DNA of 64,000 bases, taken from IMG/VR virus record IMGVR_UViG_3300029394_000152; one strand, written 5' to 3'. The stretch comes from a virus. Within the stretch, counting starts at the first letter, position 1; every line of letters begins with the position of its first letter. The notes beneath the pieces were generated by a model. That model made no database searches. It was given only the letters and a program-made list of their open reading frames with translations, and was not told where the DNA came from. The position numbers were made by a program, and so were the translations under genes. Of the stretch, positions 36,821 to 47,415 are shown piece by piece.

Positions 36821-38668
36821 GTGAAGAAAAAACGGATCGTGAAACTTGAACCGCAGACCGTGGAACTGTTCGCCGAGGTTCTAAGCAAACTACGCCCGCC
36901 GCCGCCCCTGACAGTCAGCCAGTGGGCGGACAGATACCGGGTGTTGTCCGCAGAATCCAGCGCAGAACCGGGGCGGTGGCACACCGAGAAAGCCCCGTAT
37001 CAGCGGGCTATCATGGATGCCATCGGTGATCCTCACGTCCGTTCTGTCGTCGTCATGTCGGCGGCGCAGATCGGAAAGACGGATGCTTTCATTCTGAACC
37101 CGCTGGGCTACTACATGGACTATGCACCCTGCCCGGTGATGTGTATGCAGCCTACCCTTGACATGGGGCAGACGCTCTCAAAAGACCGTATCGCTCCCAT
37201 GATCCGGGACACGCCCCGGCTTACCGGTCTGGTGGATACCAAAAGCCGGTACGCTGGAAATACCGTCATGAAGAAGAACTTCCCCGGCGGGCACATCACC
37301 ATTGTTGGCGCAAACAGCCCGTCGAGCCTTGCCAGCCGCCCCATCAAAGTGCTGCTGGCGGACGAGATCGACCGCTACCCCAAGAGCGCAGGAACAGAGG
37401 GCGACCCTCTTGATCTGGCAAAGAAACGCCAGACGACCTTTTGGGATTACAAGACCGTCATGGTCAGCACGCCCACCATCAAGGGAGACAGCCGCATTGA
37501 GGACGCCTACCTACTTTCTACACAAGAAGAATGGAACGTGCCTTGCCCGGAATGTGGGGCATACCAGCCGTTCCTTTGGGAGAATGTCAAGTTCGACAAA
37601 GACGACCTCGACAAGGGAATTGGATATGTCTGCAGGGAATGCGGCTGTGTATCAAATGAATACCGCTGGAAAGAGCAGGGGAAATACGGTAAGTATGTTG
37701 CCGCCAATCCCGGTGCAGAATCCAGAGGCTTCCACCTGAACACGCTGGCTTCAACCTTTGTTGGCTGGAAAGAGATCGTGACGAAGTTCATCGAAGCGAA
37801 AATTGCCCTCGATCATGGCAACCCGGAACAAATGAAGGTCTGGGTGAACACAGAGTTGGGCGAGACGTGGGAGGAACGCGGCATTCAGTTGGAGGACATC
37901 GAGCTGTTCAACCGCCGCGAAATCTACGCCGCAGAGGTGCCGGATGATGTTCTGTACCTCACTGCTGGTGTTGACGTGCAGGATGATCGCTTTGAAGTTG
38001 AAGTGGTCGGCTGGGGCGAGGGCACAGAGAGCTGGGGCGTTCGCTACCAGAAAATCTTCGGCGATATGCTTTCGGATCAGGTATGGGACGATCTGGACAA
38101 CTTTCTACTTCGGACATGGCACAAGGCAGACGGAACGGCATACCCGCTGTTGGCGACCTGCATTGATTCCGGTGGACACCACACCGATGAAGTTTACCGG
38201 TTTGCAAAGGAACGGCTCAACCGGCGCATCTTTGCCATTAAGGGCATGGGCGGCGCAGGAGTGCCGTTTATCCGCAACCCGTCCAAGAACAATCGTGTTC
38301 GGGCAGACCTGTTCATTCTGGGCGTTGATGCGGGCAAAACGACCATCTATCAGCGTTTGGAAGTCAAGACGCCCGGCCCGAACTACTGCCACTTCCCGTC
38401 AAATAAGGAAGCAGGCTACACCGAAGAATACTTCAAGGGCCTAACAGCTGAGAAGAAAGTGGTGCGGTTCGTCAAGGGTCATTTGAAAGAATACTGGGAA
38501 ATCAAAGATAAAGAGCATAAACGAAACGAGCCGCTGGATTTGCGCAATTACGCAACCGCGGCTCTTGCTATTTCTCGCCCTGTGCTGAAAAAACCGGATG
38601 CAGACGGAACGCCTGCCCAGCCGGTCAAGAAATCACGGGGCCGTCGTCAGCTTTCGGGAGGTATCTAA
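36821..38668 (+). CDS. terminase large subunit (lambda gpA-like)
   Basis: Walker A AAQIGKTD and a C-terminal nuclease domain; GTG start with an AAGAGGTGA RBS; the track ORF begins at the GTG at 36809. Confidence 0.9.
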   Translation: MKKKRIVKLEPQTVELFAEVLSKLRPPPPLTVSQWADRYRVLSAESSAEPGRWHTEKAPYQRAIMDAIGDPHVRSVVVMSAAQIGKTDAFILNPLGYYMDYAPCPVMCMQPTLDMGQTLSKDRIAPMIRDTPRLTGLVDTKSRYAGNTVMKKNFPGGHITIVGANSPSSLASRPIKVLLADEIDRYPKSAGTEGDPLDLAKKRQTTFWDYKTVMVSTPTIKGDSRIEDAYLLSTQEEWNVPCPECGAYQPFLWENVKFDKDDLDKGIGYVCRECGCVSNEYRWKEQGKYGKYVAANPGAESRGFHLNTLASTFVGWKEIVTKFIEAKIALDHGNPEQMKVWVNTELGETWEERGIQLEDIELFNRREIYAAEVPDDVLYLTAGVDVQDDRFEVEVVGWGEGTESWGVRYQKIFGDMLSDQVWDDLDNFLLRTWHKADGTAYPLLATCIDSGGHHTDEVYRFAKERLNRRIFAIKGMGGAGVPFIRNPSKNNRVRADLFILGVDAGKTTIYQRLEVKTPGPNYCHFPSNKEAGYTEEYFKGLTAEKKVVRFVKGHLKEYWEIKDKEHKRNEPLDLRNYATAALAISRPVLKKPDADGTPAQPVKKSRGRRQLSGGI

Positions 38669-38899
38669 ATGGCAGGAATTACGCTGGAAACGGCACAGAA
38701 ACAGCTTGACCTTTGGATTGCCGCCGAGGAAAAGGTGACACACGGGCAAAGCTACCAGATCGGCAACAGGTCATTGACCTACGCAGACCTGACGCAGATT
38801 GGAAAGCGGATTGATTATTGGTCGAACAAGGTGACGGAACTTTCTCAGCAGAGAAAGGGACGGAACCGGATGGGGCATTTTGTGCCGCGTGACCTGTAA
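38669..38899 (+). CDS. head-tail joining protein (lambda gpW-like)
   Basis: 76-aa protein between terL and the portal, as in lambda. Confidence 0.55.
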   Translation: MAGITLETAQKQLDLWIAAEEKVTHGQSYQIGNRSLTYADLTQIGKRIDYWSNKVTELSQQRKGRNRMGHFVPRDL

Positions 38900-38911
38900 G
38901 GAGAGTAGAAG

Positions 38912-40534
38912 ATGGGATTCTTCGATACCCTGCTCACGGCGATTGCCCCGGAGCGGGCAGTAAAACGTGTTGCCGCACAGACGGCAATACGGGCAATCAA
39001 TTCGGGATATTCCAACTATGGCGCAAGTCTGCACAAGAAATCTATGCGGGGCTGGATGTGGCACGGTGGAAGCCCGAAAGAGGACATCGAAGATAATCTT
39101 CGCGTCCTGAGAGAGCGGAGCAGGGACGCTTATATGGGCGTCCCGCTGGCAACCGGTGCCATCAAGACCATGCGCACCAATGTAGTGTGCGGCGGTCTGA
39201 CACCGACACCGCAGATCGACAACGCATTTTTGGGTATTTCAGACGAGGAAGCCCAGAAAATCAATGAACAAATCGCAAGAGAATTTGCTCTGTGGGCCAA
39301 TAAGCCGACCTGTGATGCAGACCGCATCGACAATTTCTATATGTTGCAGCAGTTGGCATTTACGGGATTTCTGCTGAATGGTGATTCATGGGCAGTCCTG
39401 CAGAACAAAAAGACGCCCGGTGTACCGTATGACCTGCGTGTGCGGATCATCGAAGCCGACCGCATTTGTTCTCCTGCGTTTATGGACATCCTTTCGCCGA
39501 CGGACATTAACGAGCATCATGTTGAAAAGATCGTGCAAGGTGTTGAAACCGATGCAGACGGCATGGTCATTGCGTACTGGGTTTGCGACCGGCACCCGCT
39601 GGCGTCTACCAGCGTGACGGGATTGACGGCCTCGCACTGGACAAGAGTGGAAGCCTACGGCAAAAAGACCGGGCGGCAGAATGTTCTCTGTCTGATGCAG
39701 CGCGAACGTGCCGGTCAGCTGCGCGGCGTACCACTGCTGGCACCGGTGCTGGAAAGCCTGAAACAGCTTGGGCGTTTTACGGACGCAGAGCTGACAGCCG
39801 CGGTGATCTCCGCGATGTTCACAGTGTTTATCAAGAAGTCGGATCAATCTGACGAGGTGCCGTTTGGCGAAATGCTTCCCCCGGATGTGCAGGTAGATAC
39901 GCCTGATAAGACCAGTGTGGAGCTGGCACCGGGCGCGTTTATCGACCTGAACCCCGGAGAGGAAGTGCAGTTCGCAGACCCGAAGCACCCAACGACCGGG
40001 TTTGAAGCGTTCATGAACGCCATTGTAAAGCAGATGGCGGCGGCGTTGGAAATTCCGTCTGAGGTGCTGTACAAGCAGTTCAGCACCAGCTATTCTGCAG
40101 CCCGCGGCGCTTTGAATGAATTTTGGAGAACCACGGGAATGCACCGAGACTGGTTCGCGGATTCTTTCTGCCAGCCGGTCTATGAGGCATGGTTCCGGGA
40201 AGCCGTGTGCAAGGGACGGATCAAAGCGCCGGGCTTCCTGACAAACCCGGCGGTTGCAGCGGCCTACATGAACTGCAACTGGAATGGCCCGGCAAGAACA
40301 AACCTGAACCCCAAGGATGAAGCCGAAGCAGCCCAGATGCGGGTGAACAGCGGATTCTCCACGGCGGCACAGGAAACCGCTCAGATGACGGGCGGAAGCT
40401 ATGAGGCAAATATGCGGCAGCGGAAAGCCGAAGCCGCACTGAAACGGGAGGTGGACGAAATTGCGGGAGCACAAGTGCAACAGCAAACCGCTGTTCCTCA
40501 ACGGAGCGGCGGCGACCCCGGCAAGTCCGAGTAA
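38912..40534 (+). CDS. portal protein (lambda gpB family)
   Basis: 540 aa placed after terL and gpW, with lambda-family portal features. Confidence 0.85.
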   Translation: MGFFDTLLTAIAPERAVKRVAAQTAIRAINSGYSNYGASLHKKSMRGWMWHGGSPKEDIEDNLRVLRERSRDAYMGVPLATGAIKTMRTNVVCGGLTPTPQIDNAFLGISDEEAQKINEQIAREFALWANKPTCDADRIDNFYMLQQLAFTGFLLNGDSWAVLQNKKTPGVPYDLRVRIIEADRICSPAFMDILSPTDINEHHVEKIVQGVETDADGMVIAYWVCDRHPLASTSVTGLTASHWTRVEAYGKKTGRQNVLCLMQRERAGQLRGVPLLAPVLESLKQLGRFTDAELTAAVISAMFTVFIKKSDQSDEVPFGEMLPPDVQVDTPDKTSVELAPGAFIDLNPGEEVQFADPKHPTTGFEAFMNAIVKQMAAALEIPSEVLYKQFSTSYSAARGALNEFWRTTGMHRDWFADSFCQPVYEAWFREAVCKGRIKAPGFLTNPAVAAAYMNCNWNGPARTNLNPKDEAEAAQMRVNSGFSTAAQETAQMTGGSYEANMRQRKAEAALKREVDEIAGAQVQQQTAVPQRSGGDPGKSE

Positions 40535-41681
40535 CAAGAAGTTTTGGGAGTTCCGCAATGCAGCCGAGACCGGCGGCACGGCGGAACTTCTGCTTTACGG
40601 TGATATTAGCCGTACGAGCTGGTGGGGTGATGAAGTGACCCCGCAGGCGTTCGCCGCAGACCTTGCGACGATTCCGGATATGGATGACCTGACTGTCCGT
40701 TTTTGCAGCGGCGGCGGGGATGTCTGGGCCGCACAAGCCATTGGCGCAATGTTGGAAAACAGGCTTGGCACGGTGACAGCGCAAATCGAAGGTATCTGTG
40801 CCAGCGCGGCGACCATCGTCGCCAGCCATTGCAAAGTGGTCAAGGCGGCAGAGGATGCAACCTACATGATCCACCCCATCAAGGTAAACCCGAACGGGTT
40901 TGTGGACATGGAGGGCTTGAAGCAGCTCATGGATGCACTGACCGTGATGCGCACCAATGTCTTGAACCAGTATGCGAAAAAGACAGGACACACCGTCGAA
41001 GAAGTGGCGGCGTGGATGGACGCTACATCGTGGTGGACGGCGGCAGAAGCAAAAGAAAATGGCTTCATCGACGAAATCACGGAAAGCAACCAGACTGCAA
41101 AAATCGAAAACAGGAATGGTGCGCTGTTTGTCAACAGCATTGCCGTTCCGGGCACATTTGATGATGCCCCTGAATTTGTACGAAACCGCGCCGTGGTGGC
41201 CCCTGCCACGACTGAGGGTTTTGTAAATAACACTGACCCGGCAGGAAAGCCGGACAAGAACGATGGAGGTAACGACATGGAGTTCAAGAACGCAGATGAA
41301 CTGCGCAACGGCTGTCCTGATCTGGTGAAAGAGATTGTGGACGAAGCCCATGCGGAGGCACAGAAGCAGGAGCGTGATCGTTTGGCTGCCATTGACGAGA
41401 TTGCGGATGCAGTCCCGTCCGATCTGGTGGCCGAGGCAAAGTATGGTGACAAGGCTTGTTCTGCGGAGCAGCTTGCTTACCGTGCGGCGCTGGATGCAAA
41501 GAAGAAGGGCCACAAACTGCTGGATGATACCGAAGATGATGCAGATACCAGCGGCGCAAACAGCGTTGGCGGTGCTGCCCCGGACGGGGTCTCCGGCACT
41601 GGCACGAAGAACAAGAACCAGACCGACGCCGAAAAGCGTGCAATGGTCAAGAACCTGTTCCACCCGAAGAAGGAGGACTAA
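40461..41681 (+). CDS. prohead protease (S49/ClpP-like) with scaffold domain (lambda gpC-like)
   Basis: ClpP/S49 fold motifs (GGGDVWAAQAI, ASAATIVA); TTG start overlapping the portal end. Confidence 0.8.
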   Translation: MREHKCNSKPLFLNGAAATPASPSNKKFWEFRNAAETGGTAELLLYGDISRTSWWGDEVTPQAFAADLATIPDMDDLTVRFCSGGGDVWAAQAIGAMLENRLGTVTAQIEGICASAATIVASHCKVVKAAEDATYMIHPIKVNPNGFVDMEGLKQLMDALTVMRTNVLNQYAKKTGHTVEEVAAWMDATSWWTAAEAKENGFIDEITESNQTAKIENRNGALFVNSIAVPGTFDDAPEFVRNRAVVAPATTEGFVNNTDPAGKPDKNDGGNDMEFKNADELRNGCPDLVKEIVDEAHAEAQKQERDRLAAIDEIADAVPSDLVAEAKYGDKACSAEQLAYRAALDAKKKGHKLLDDTEDDADTSGANSVGGAAPDGVSGTGTKNKNQTDAEKRAMVKNLFHPKKED

Positions 41682-41684
41682 ACG

Positions 41685-42083
41685 ATGGCTGAAAAAATGC
41701 TGAGTGAAAAGCTGGGCGAGGTTGAGTACGACGGCCTGATCGCAGGCGTGAACCCGAAAAAGCGCGTCGGCCCCGGCGTAATCGCTGGCCCGGAAGCAGC
41801 AACCACCTTTGTGCGTGGCACGGTGTTTGCCAAGAGCGCAAAGGATGGAAAGCTGTACATTCTGGGAACTGAGGCGTCCGGCGGCGATACTCTGGCCGCT
41901 GACTGCATCCTGATTGAGGATGTGACTATGAAGGCCAGCACGGATGAAACCGTTGCAGTCTATCTGGCAGGCTGTTTCAACCCGGACAAGCTGACCGTCA
42001 AGGACAGCTACACCATGACCGAGGCAGACAAAGACGCACTGCGGATGCGGGACATTGTTCTGCTGCCTGTGGTCGAAATGTAA
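41685..42083 (+). CDS. head decoration protein (gpD-like)
   Basis: 132 aa between the protease and the major capsid gene; gpD-like sequence. Confidence 0.65.
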   Translation: MAEKMLSEKLGEVEYDGLIAGVNPKKRVGPGVIAGPEAATTFVRGTVFAKSAKDGKLYILGTEASGGDTLAADCILIEDVTMKASTDETVAVYLAGCFNPDKLTVKDSYTMTEADKDALRMRDIVLLPVVEM

Positions 42084-42098
42084 CAGGAGGACGTTTCA

Positions 42099-43175
42099 AT
42101 GGCAATTCTGATTAACTTCTTTGACAATGTTATCCTTCAGGCAATTTCCGAGGAAATTGTCCCGAAGGTCAGCTTTTTCAAGGATCGCTATTTCCCCACC
42201 GGGGCGGGCGACATCTTCAAGGCAAACGAAGTTCTGACCGAGTACCGTAGCGGCGACCGTAAGCTGGCGGCATTCGTGGATCAGAAAGCGGGCGACATTC
42301 CCATTGGTCGCCGGAGCTATGAGGTGCATTCCTATAAGCCCGCCTATATCGCCCCGTCTCGTCTGCTGACCCTCGACGAGCTGACTAAGCGTGGCTTCGG
42401 TGAGGCTCTGTATCCGGGCATGGATGAAGCACAGCGTGCCGCCCGCCTGCTGGCAGACGACATGAACGACATGGAAAACCGCATTGCCCGCCGCGAGGAA
42501 TGGATGGCGGCGGAAACCATGATCGGCAACGGCTGCGTTATGCAGGAGTACATCGACGGTGCAACCAAGGGCGATTCTCTGGTTGTGAAGTTCTACGACG
42601 GCACCAGCGATCATACCTATACCGCTTCCAAGAAGTGGAACGAGAACGGTGGTGACTTCTGGGGCGACGTTAAGGCCATGTGCCGTATGCTGTCTGCTCG
42701 TGGTCTGCCTGCAAAAGACCTGATTCTCGGCACTGATGTGGCCGACTACATCCTGACTGACGAAAGAACCCGCCAGCTGCTCGATAAGAACAGCGGCATC
42801 ATCGTAGGCGAGATTCGCCAGCAGCTCACCCAGTACGACGGCGTTGTGTTTATGGGTACGCTAAACTTCGGCGGTTTCATGCTGAACGTGTTCAGCGTGG
42901 ACGAAACCTATGAGGACGAGACCGGCAAGAGCGCCAGATACTTCCCGGCTACGGCAGCTATGGTGACTGCGCCGGACTGCGGCCATATGATGTACGGCTC
43001 CATTACTCAGATGGACTACGGCAAGACCGACTACACGACCTATGCCGCAAAGCGTGTTGCAAAGCTGGTTGTGGATCAGGACAAGGATACCCGCAAGCTC
43101 CGTCTGGGCTGCCGTCCTCTGGCCGCACCCAAGACCTACTGCCCCTACATCTATGCAGCTGACGTTGTGGGCTAA
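42099..43175 (+). CDS. major capsid protein (lambda gpE family)
   Basis: 358 aa, phage major capsid protein E-like. Confidence 0.85.
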   Translation: MAILINFFDNVILQAISEEIVPKVSFFKDRYFPTGAGDIFKANEVLTEYRSGDRKLAAFVDQKAGDIPIGRRSYEVHSYKPAYIAPSRLLTLDELTKRGFGEALYPGMDEAQRAARLLADDMNDMENRIARREEWMAAETMIGNGCVMQEYIDGATKGDSLVVKFYDGTSDHTYTASKKWNENGGDFWGDVKAMCRMLSARGLPAKDLILGTDVADYILTDERTRQLLDKNSGIIVGEIRQQLTQYDGVVFMGTLNFGGFMLNVFSVDETYEDETGKSARYFPATAAMVTAPDCGHMMYGSITQMDYGKTDYTTYAAKRVAKLVVDQDKDTRKLRLGCRPLAAPKTYCPYIYAADVVG

Positions 43176-43192
43176 GAGAAAGGAGCGGGAAT

Positions 43193-43471
43193 ATGAAGGT
43201 CGTTCAGATCATTTCCGGCGGCTATGGCTTCCGGGCGAAAGCTGGTGCACCCACGAAGCTGATTCTGGCGGGCGAGGTCGTTTGCGTTGATGATGCAGAG
43301 GCGGAACGCCTTGTGAAATTGGGCGTTGCCGCTGAAGCGGAACTGGATGCGGAAACTAAGGCCATTGTGGAGCAGGCTGACGCCGACAGCAACGATGTGG
43401 AAACGCAGGAAGAAGCATCCAAAGCCGAGGAAAAGCCCGGCAGAAAAGGCCGCAAGACTGCAGCAGAGTAA
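43193..43471 (+). CDS. hypothetical head-associated protein
   Basis: 92 aa, acidic. Confidence 0.4.
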   Translation: MKVVQIISGGYGFRAKAGAPTKLILAGEVVCVDDAEAERLVKLGVAAEAELDAETKAIVEQADADSNDVETQEEASKAEEKPGRKGRKTAAE

Positions 43472-43483
43472 GCAGGTATTACC

Positions 43484-43819
43484 ATGACCGACTTTTTGGA
43501 AATGGCAATGGCTGATATTGACGATGTGTTTTTTCAGGAGTTTGTAGAACAGCATACCATCGACGGAGAAACGTTTGATGTGGTGCCGTATGAAACCGGA
43601 CTGAAAGAGCGCAAGTCACACTGGGAAGCCGGTGCCAAGCAAAACTTTGACCAAGGCTTGTACATCTCGCAAAGGCAGTTCTTTATCCGGGCGGCTGACT
43701 ATGGCCCTGCTCCAAAGATTGGAAAGCCGATGGAGTACGACCGAATCAGCTACACGATAAAAAGCTGTCAAAATGAGCATGGACTGTATCTGGTCACGTT
43801 GGAGAGGGTGCGGCAGTAA
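43484..43819 (+). CDS. head-tail connector/adaptor-like protein
   Basis: position and size (111 aa). Confidence 0.4.
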   Translation: MTDFLEMAMADIDDVFFQEFVEQHTIDGETFDVVPYETGLKERKSHWEAGAKQNFDQGLYISQRQFFIRAADYGPAPKIGKPMEYDRISYTIKSCQNEHGLYLVTLERVRQ

Positions 43820-44502
43820 TGGCAAAGGCAATCTATGACGTGCAGGTGCCGAACATCGGTGAAGTGGAACGTGCACTGGGAGATATGCGGGATAAGGCCC
43901 CGCGGGCCATGAAAAACGCTGTCAACCAGACTGCGACGAGAGCCAAAAACATGATGATCCGGCAAGCGCGGCTTCGGTATGCTGTCAATTCTGCTGGCCG
44001 TCGTCACCTGAATGCGCTGAAAGTTCGCAACAGGGCGACAACGCAGAACCCGACGGCGGAGATTTTTATTTCCAGCCGGAGAAATGATCTGGGCGACTTC
44101 CAGTCGAACCCGTCTGTTCCGCATATGGGAAGGGACTGGGTGTTGTCGCCGGAGTTCCACACATCGCGTGTTTTGAAAAAATCGCCGATGGAAGCATTGA
44201 CCGGCGGACATACGGCGCTGGGACAGGCAAGCAAGGGCTTTCTTGTGAAGTTTGACAGTGGGCACGTCGGCATGGTGCAGAGGTTGATCGGTCGTCCGGC
44301 GGCAAATCCGAAATCGACCAGATGGCGCAGTAAGAATGGCGTCGTAGAAAAACTCTACACCATGTCCAGCCCGTCTGTCAGTGCGATGCATAGCACCGTA
44401 TGGAGAGAGGAAGTCGAGCCGGACAGCGAGATTATCTTGCAGGAACGGCTGCAGCATGAAGTATCCAAAATTCTGACGCAGGCCGGGAGGAAAACAAAGT
44501 GA
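43819..44502 (+). CDS. virion morphogenesis / head-tail joining protein
   Basis: 227 aa, basic; structural module position. Confidence 0.45.
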   Translation: MAKAIYDVQVPNIGEVERALGDMRDKAPRAMKNAVNQTATRAKNMMIRQARLRYAVNSAGRRHLNALKVRNRATTQNPTAEIFISSRRNDLGDFQSNPSVPHMGRDWVLSPEFHTSRVLKKSPMEALTGGHTALGQASKGFLVKFDSGHVGMVQRLIGRPAANPKSTRWRSKNGVVEKLYTMSSPSVSAMHSTVWREEVEPDSEIILQERLQHEVSKILTQAGRKTK

Positions 44503-45035
44503 GAGCGAGTAATTACACACCGGTTGACGCTGTGAAAAAGCTGCATGAAGAACTGGACAAGCTCTTTGCAGGAAAGACATTCAGTGGTCAAGGCAAAAAT
44601 AAGCCGCTCAACATTTTCGATTTTGAATTTCCGACCGACTTCGGCAATGACGAGGATGTGGATACGGTGGCTGCAGCGGCTCCGTTTATTCTGGTCAAGG
44701 CAGCAGGTTGGAGCATTGATAAGATGGAAGAACCTGAAATGGTGGACATGAGCCTGATTATTTGCACATATCAGACACCTATTCGCAACAAAGAGGAAGG
44801 TGTGCGGGATAAAAAAGCTCCCGCCGTTCTGGATTTGTACAACATCATGCAGGATATTGGACAGCATTTCCGCGTCTACAACATCTTTGGCGATTATTTC
44901 AACGTGTTGCTTCCCATTGACTGCGCAATTCAACAGGACGATACAAGCCCGTATTACTTCGCTACGGTGCAGATGGATGTTACTTGTCCGAGCATGAGCA
45001 GCGAAAACAACCCGGAAATCGAGGAACTTATATGA
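44499..45035 (+). CDS. tail completion-like protein
   Basis: GTG start with a GGGAGG RBS. Confidence 0.45.
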   Translation: MRASNYTPVDAVKKLHEELDKLFAGKTFSGQGKNKPLNIFDFEFPTDFGNDEDVDTVAAAAPFILVKAAGWSIDKMEEPEMVDMSLIICTYQTPIRNKEEGVRDKKAPAVLDLYNIMQDIGQHFRVYNIFGDYFNVLLPIDCAIQQDDTSPYYFATVQMDVTCPSMSSENNPEIEELI

Positions 45036-45328
45036 GCAATGCAAAAAATACTCAGACCGAAAAGGCGGCTGCGACCGAAACTCCGGTCAAGAAGGATGGG
45101 CCGATGGTTTACTGCGGCCCGACGGTAAAAAACACGGTGAAGCAGTACACGGTGTACCATGACAGTAAGGCGGTGCCGGATGCGGTGAACCGTTTCCTTG
45201 ATGCCGTACCGATGGCAAGGGGCCTGCTGGTGCCTCTTGATAAATTCAAAGATACTCGCGTGGCTCTTGAGAACCCCAAGAGCAGCGCGGGTATTCTTTT
45301 TGCCGCAGTGAAAGCGGCACTGAACTAA
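45032..45328 (+). CDS. hypothetical tail-associated protein
   Basis: 98 aa from an internal ATG with a GAGGAA RBS. Confidence 0.4.
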   Translation: MSNAKNTQTEKAAATETPVKKDGPMVYCGPTVKNTVKQYTVYHDSKAVPDAVNRFLDAVPMARGLLVPLDKFKDTRVALENPKSSAGILFAAVKAALN

Positions 45329-45341
45329 GGAGGGAGAGAAC

Positions 45342-46790
45342 ATGGCATACAAGCATGGCGTTTATGTTGCCGAGCAGGGAACCAGTATCGTGGCACCCGT
45401 GACGGCAACTGCTGGCCTGCAGGTCGTTATCGGCACTGCGCCGATCAACCGCGCAAGTGATCCGTATCACTGCACGAATACCCCCATGCTGGCAAATACG
45501 CTGGCAGGCGCAACTGCCGCAGTGGGTTACGACGATGATTATGAGAAGTACACCGTCTGCCAGAGCATGGGCGCAAGTTTCAAGGTCGTCGGCGTGTCGC
45601 CGATGATCCTGATTAACGTGCTTGATCCCAACAAGCACAAGAAAAATCTGCCGGAAAAAACTGTGCAGGTCAATGACGGCGTTGCAGTGGTGGAGGAAAA
45701 GGACATCCTGCTGGACAAGCTGACCGTTAAGGCAGAGGAAACTCCGCTGGCGGCTGGTACGGACTACACCGCAGCATTTGACGATAACGGTTATGTGAAC
45801 ATCGTGGTGATCCCCGGCGGTGCTGGCGACAGCGCAACGAGCCTGACTGTGAGCGGTGTCCAGATCGACCCGACTGCTGTTACCCCGGCAGACATCGTTG
45901 GTGCGGTTACTGCAGATGGTGTTGAGAGCGGCATGGAAGTCATTCGCCAGATTTTCCCGAAGCTGAACATGACCCCCGGCATTCTGCTTGCTCCGGGCTG
46001 GTCGGAGAATGCACTGGTGTCGGCTGGCCTGCAGGCAAAGACAAGCCACATCAACGGTGTTTTCAACTGCGTGTGCATCGTGGACATCGACAGCTCTACT
46101 GCCGGTGCAACCAAGTATGACGACGTGAAGCGTCAGAAGGAAAAGCAGGCTGTGACCAGTGCGAATTGCTACGCTGTGTGGCTGTACGCAAAGGTTGGCG
46201 ACGTGATCTATGCGGGTTCGGCAATGGCTGCTGCGGCGACCGTGGCGACCGATGCGAACAACGGCGATATTCCCAACGTAAGCCCGGATAACAAGCCTAT
46301 CTCTATTTCTGCTGCCTGCCTGAAAGATGGAACGGAAGTTCTGCTGGATCAGGAGCAGGCCAATGTGGTCAACTCCTTCGGCGTTGCAACGTGGCTGAAC
46401 ATGAACGGCTTCCGTCTGTGGGGCAACAACACTGCCTGTTATCCCGGCAACACTGACCCGAAGGATCGCTGGTTCAGCGTCCGCAGGTTCTTCTGCTGGG
46501 ATGATAACACCTTCATCCAGACCTATTTCCAGAAGGTCAGCGACCCGCTGAACAAGCGCCTGATCGAGGCTCTGGTTGACAGCGAGAACGTGCGCGGCAA
46601 CAGCTTTGTCAGCCGTGGCATTTGCGCCCGCTATGAGCTGCAGCACATCGAATCCGAAAACCCCACGACCGATCTGCTGAATGGCACGGTGAAGTTCCAC
46701 AAGTATATGTCTCCGTTTAATCCGGCGGAGGACATCGAGGAAATTGTGGAGTTTGATCCCAACGCGATTTCTACCGCGCTGGTGGGCTAA
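45342..46790 (+). CDS. contractile tail sheath protein
   Basis: 482 aa; tail-sheath family N- and C-terminal regions. Confidence 0.9.
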   Translation: MAYKHGVYVAEQGTSIVAPVTATAGLQVVIGTAPINRASDPYHCTNTPMLANTLAGATAAVGYDDDYEKYTVCQSMGASFKVVGVSPMILINVLDPNKHKKNLPEKTVQVNDGVAVVEEKDILLDKLTVKAEETPLAAGTDYTAAFDDNGYVNIVVIPGGAGDSATSLTVSGVQIDPTAVTPADIVGAVTADGVESGMEVIRQIFPKLNMTPGILLAPGWSENALVSAGLQAKTSHINGVFNCVCIVDIDSSTAGATKYDDVKRQKEKQAVTSANCYAVWLYAKVGDVIYAGSAMAAAATVATDANNGDIPNVSPDNKPISISAACLKDGTEVLLDQEQANVVNSFGVATWLNMNGFRLWGNNTACYPGNTDPKDRWFSVRRFFCWDDNTFIQTYFQKVSDPLNKRLIEALVDSENVRGNSFVSRGICARYELQHIESENPTTDLLNGTVKFHKYMSPFNPAEDIEEIVEFDPNAISTALVG

Positions 46791-46811
46791 CCCAGAAAGG
46801 AGGAATAAACA

Positions 46812-47339
46812 ATGGCACTGGACACGAATCTGACCCCGGAAATCGTCAACAGCTTCAACGTTTACATTGACGGCGTGAAAGCAATTGGCACTGCACCGGA
46901 AATCACTCTGCCGCAGATCACCTCGGAGACTATCGACGTTTCCGGCGCTGGTATCCTCGGTAAGATTTCCGCACCGAACATCGGCCAGTTTGAATCCATC
47001 GAGCAGGAAGTTTCCTTCAACCTTGTATATTCGAGCTTTGTCAACGTCCTTTCTCCGAAGCGTCAGGTGAACCTTACCTTCCGCGTTGCACAGCAGGCGG
47101 TGGATAAGAGCCTCGGCTATGCCTATAAGGGCCTGCGCATCGTTGAGGTTGGCCGCGTCAAGGAGTTTACTCCCGGCAAGATCAAGGCGGGCGAGGGCAT
47201 GGAAGCCAAGGTTAAGCTGGAACTGACCTACATCATGATCGAGAACGACGGCGAGGAAATCATTGCCATCGACAAGCTGAACGGCGTATACCGCGTTCAG
47301 GGCGAGGATATGCTGGCAGACGTTACCGCGCTGATCTAA
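46812..47339 (+). CDS. tail tube protein (FII-like)
   Basis: 175 aa immediately after the sheath gene. Confidence 0.8.
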   Translation: MALDTNLTPEIVNSFNVYIDGVKAIGTAPEITLPQITSETIDVSGAGILGKISAPNIGQFESIEQEVSFNLVYSSFVNVLSPKRQVNLTFRVAQQAVDKSLGYAYKGLRIVEVGRVKEFTPGKIKAGEGMEAKVKLELTYIMIENDGEEIIAIDKLNGVYRVQGEDMLADVTALI

Positions 47340-47415
47340 CGCCAAAGAAATGAAGCGACCGCCCCGAAAGACCGGGGCGGTCAATTTTTATATCTGAACA
47401 GAAAGGAAAACCACC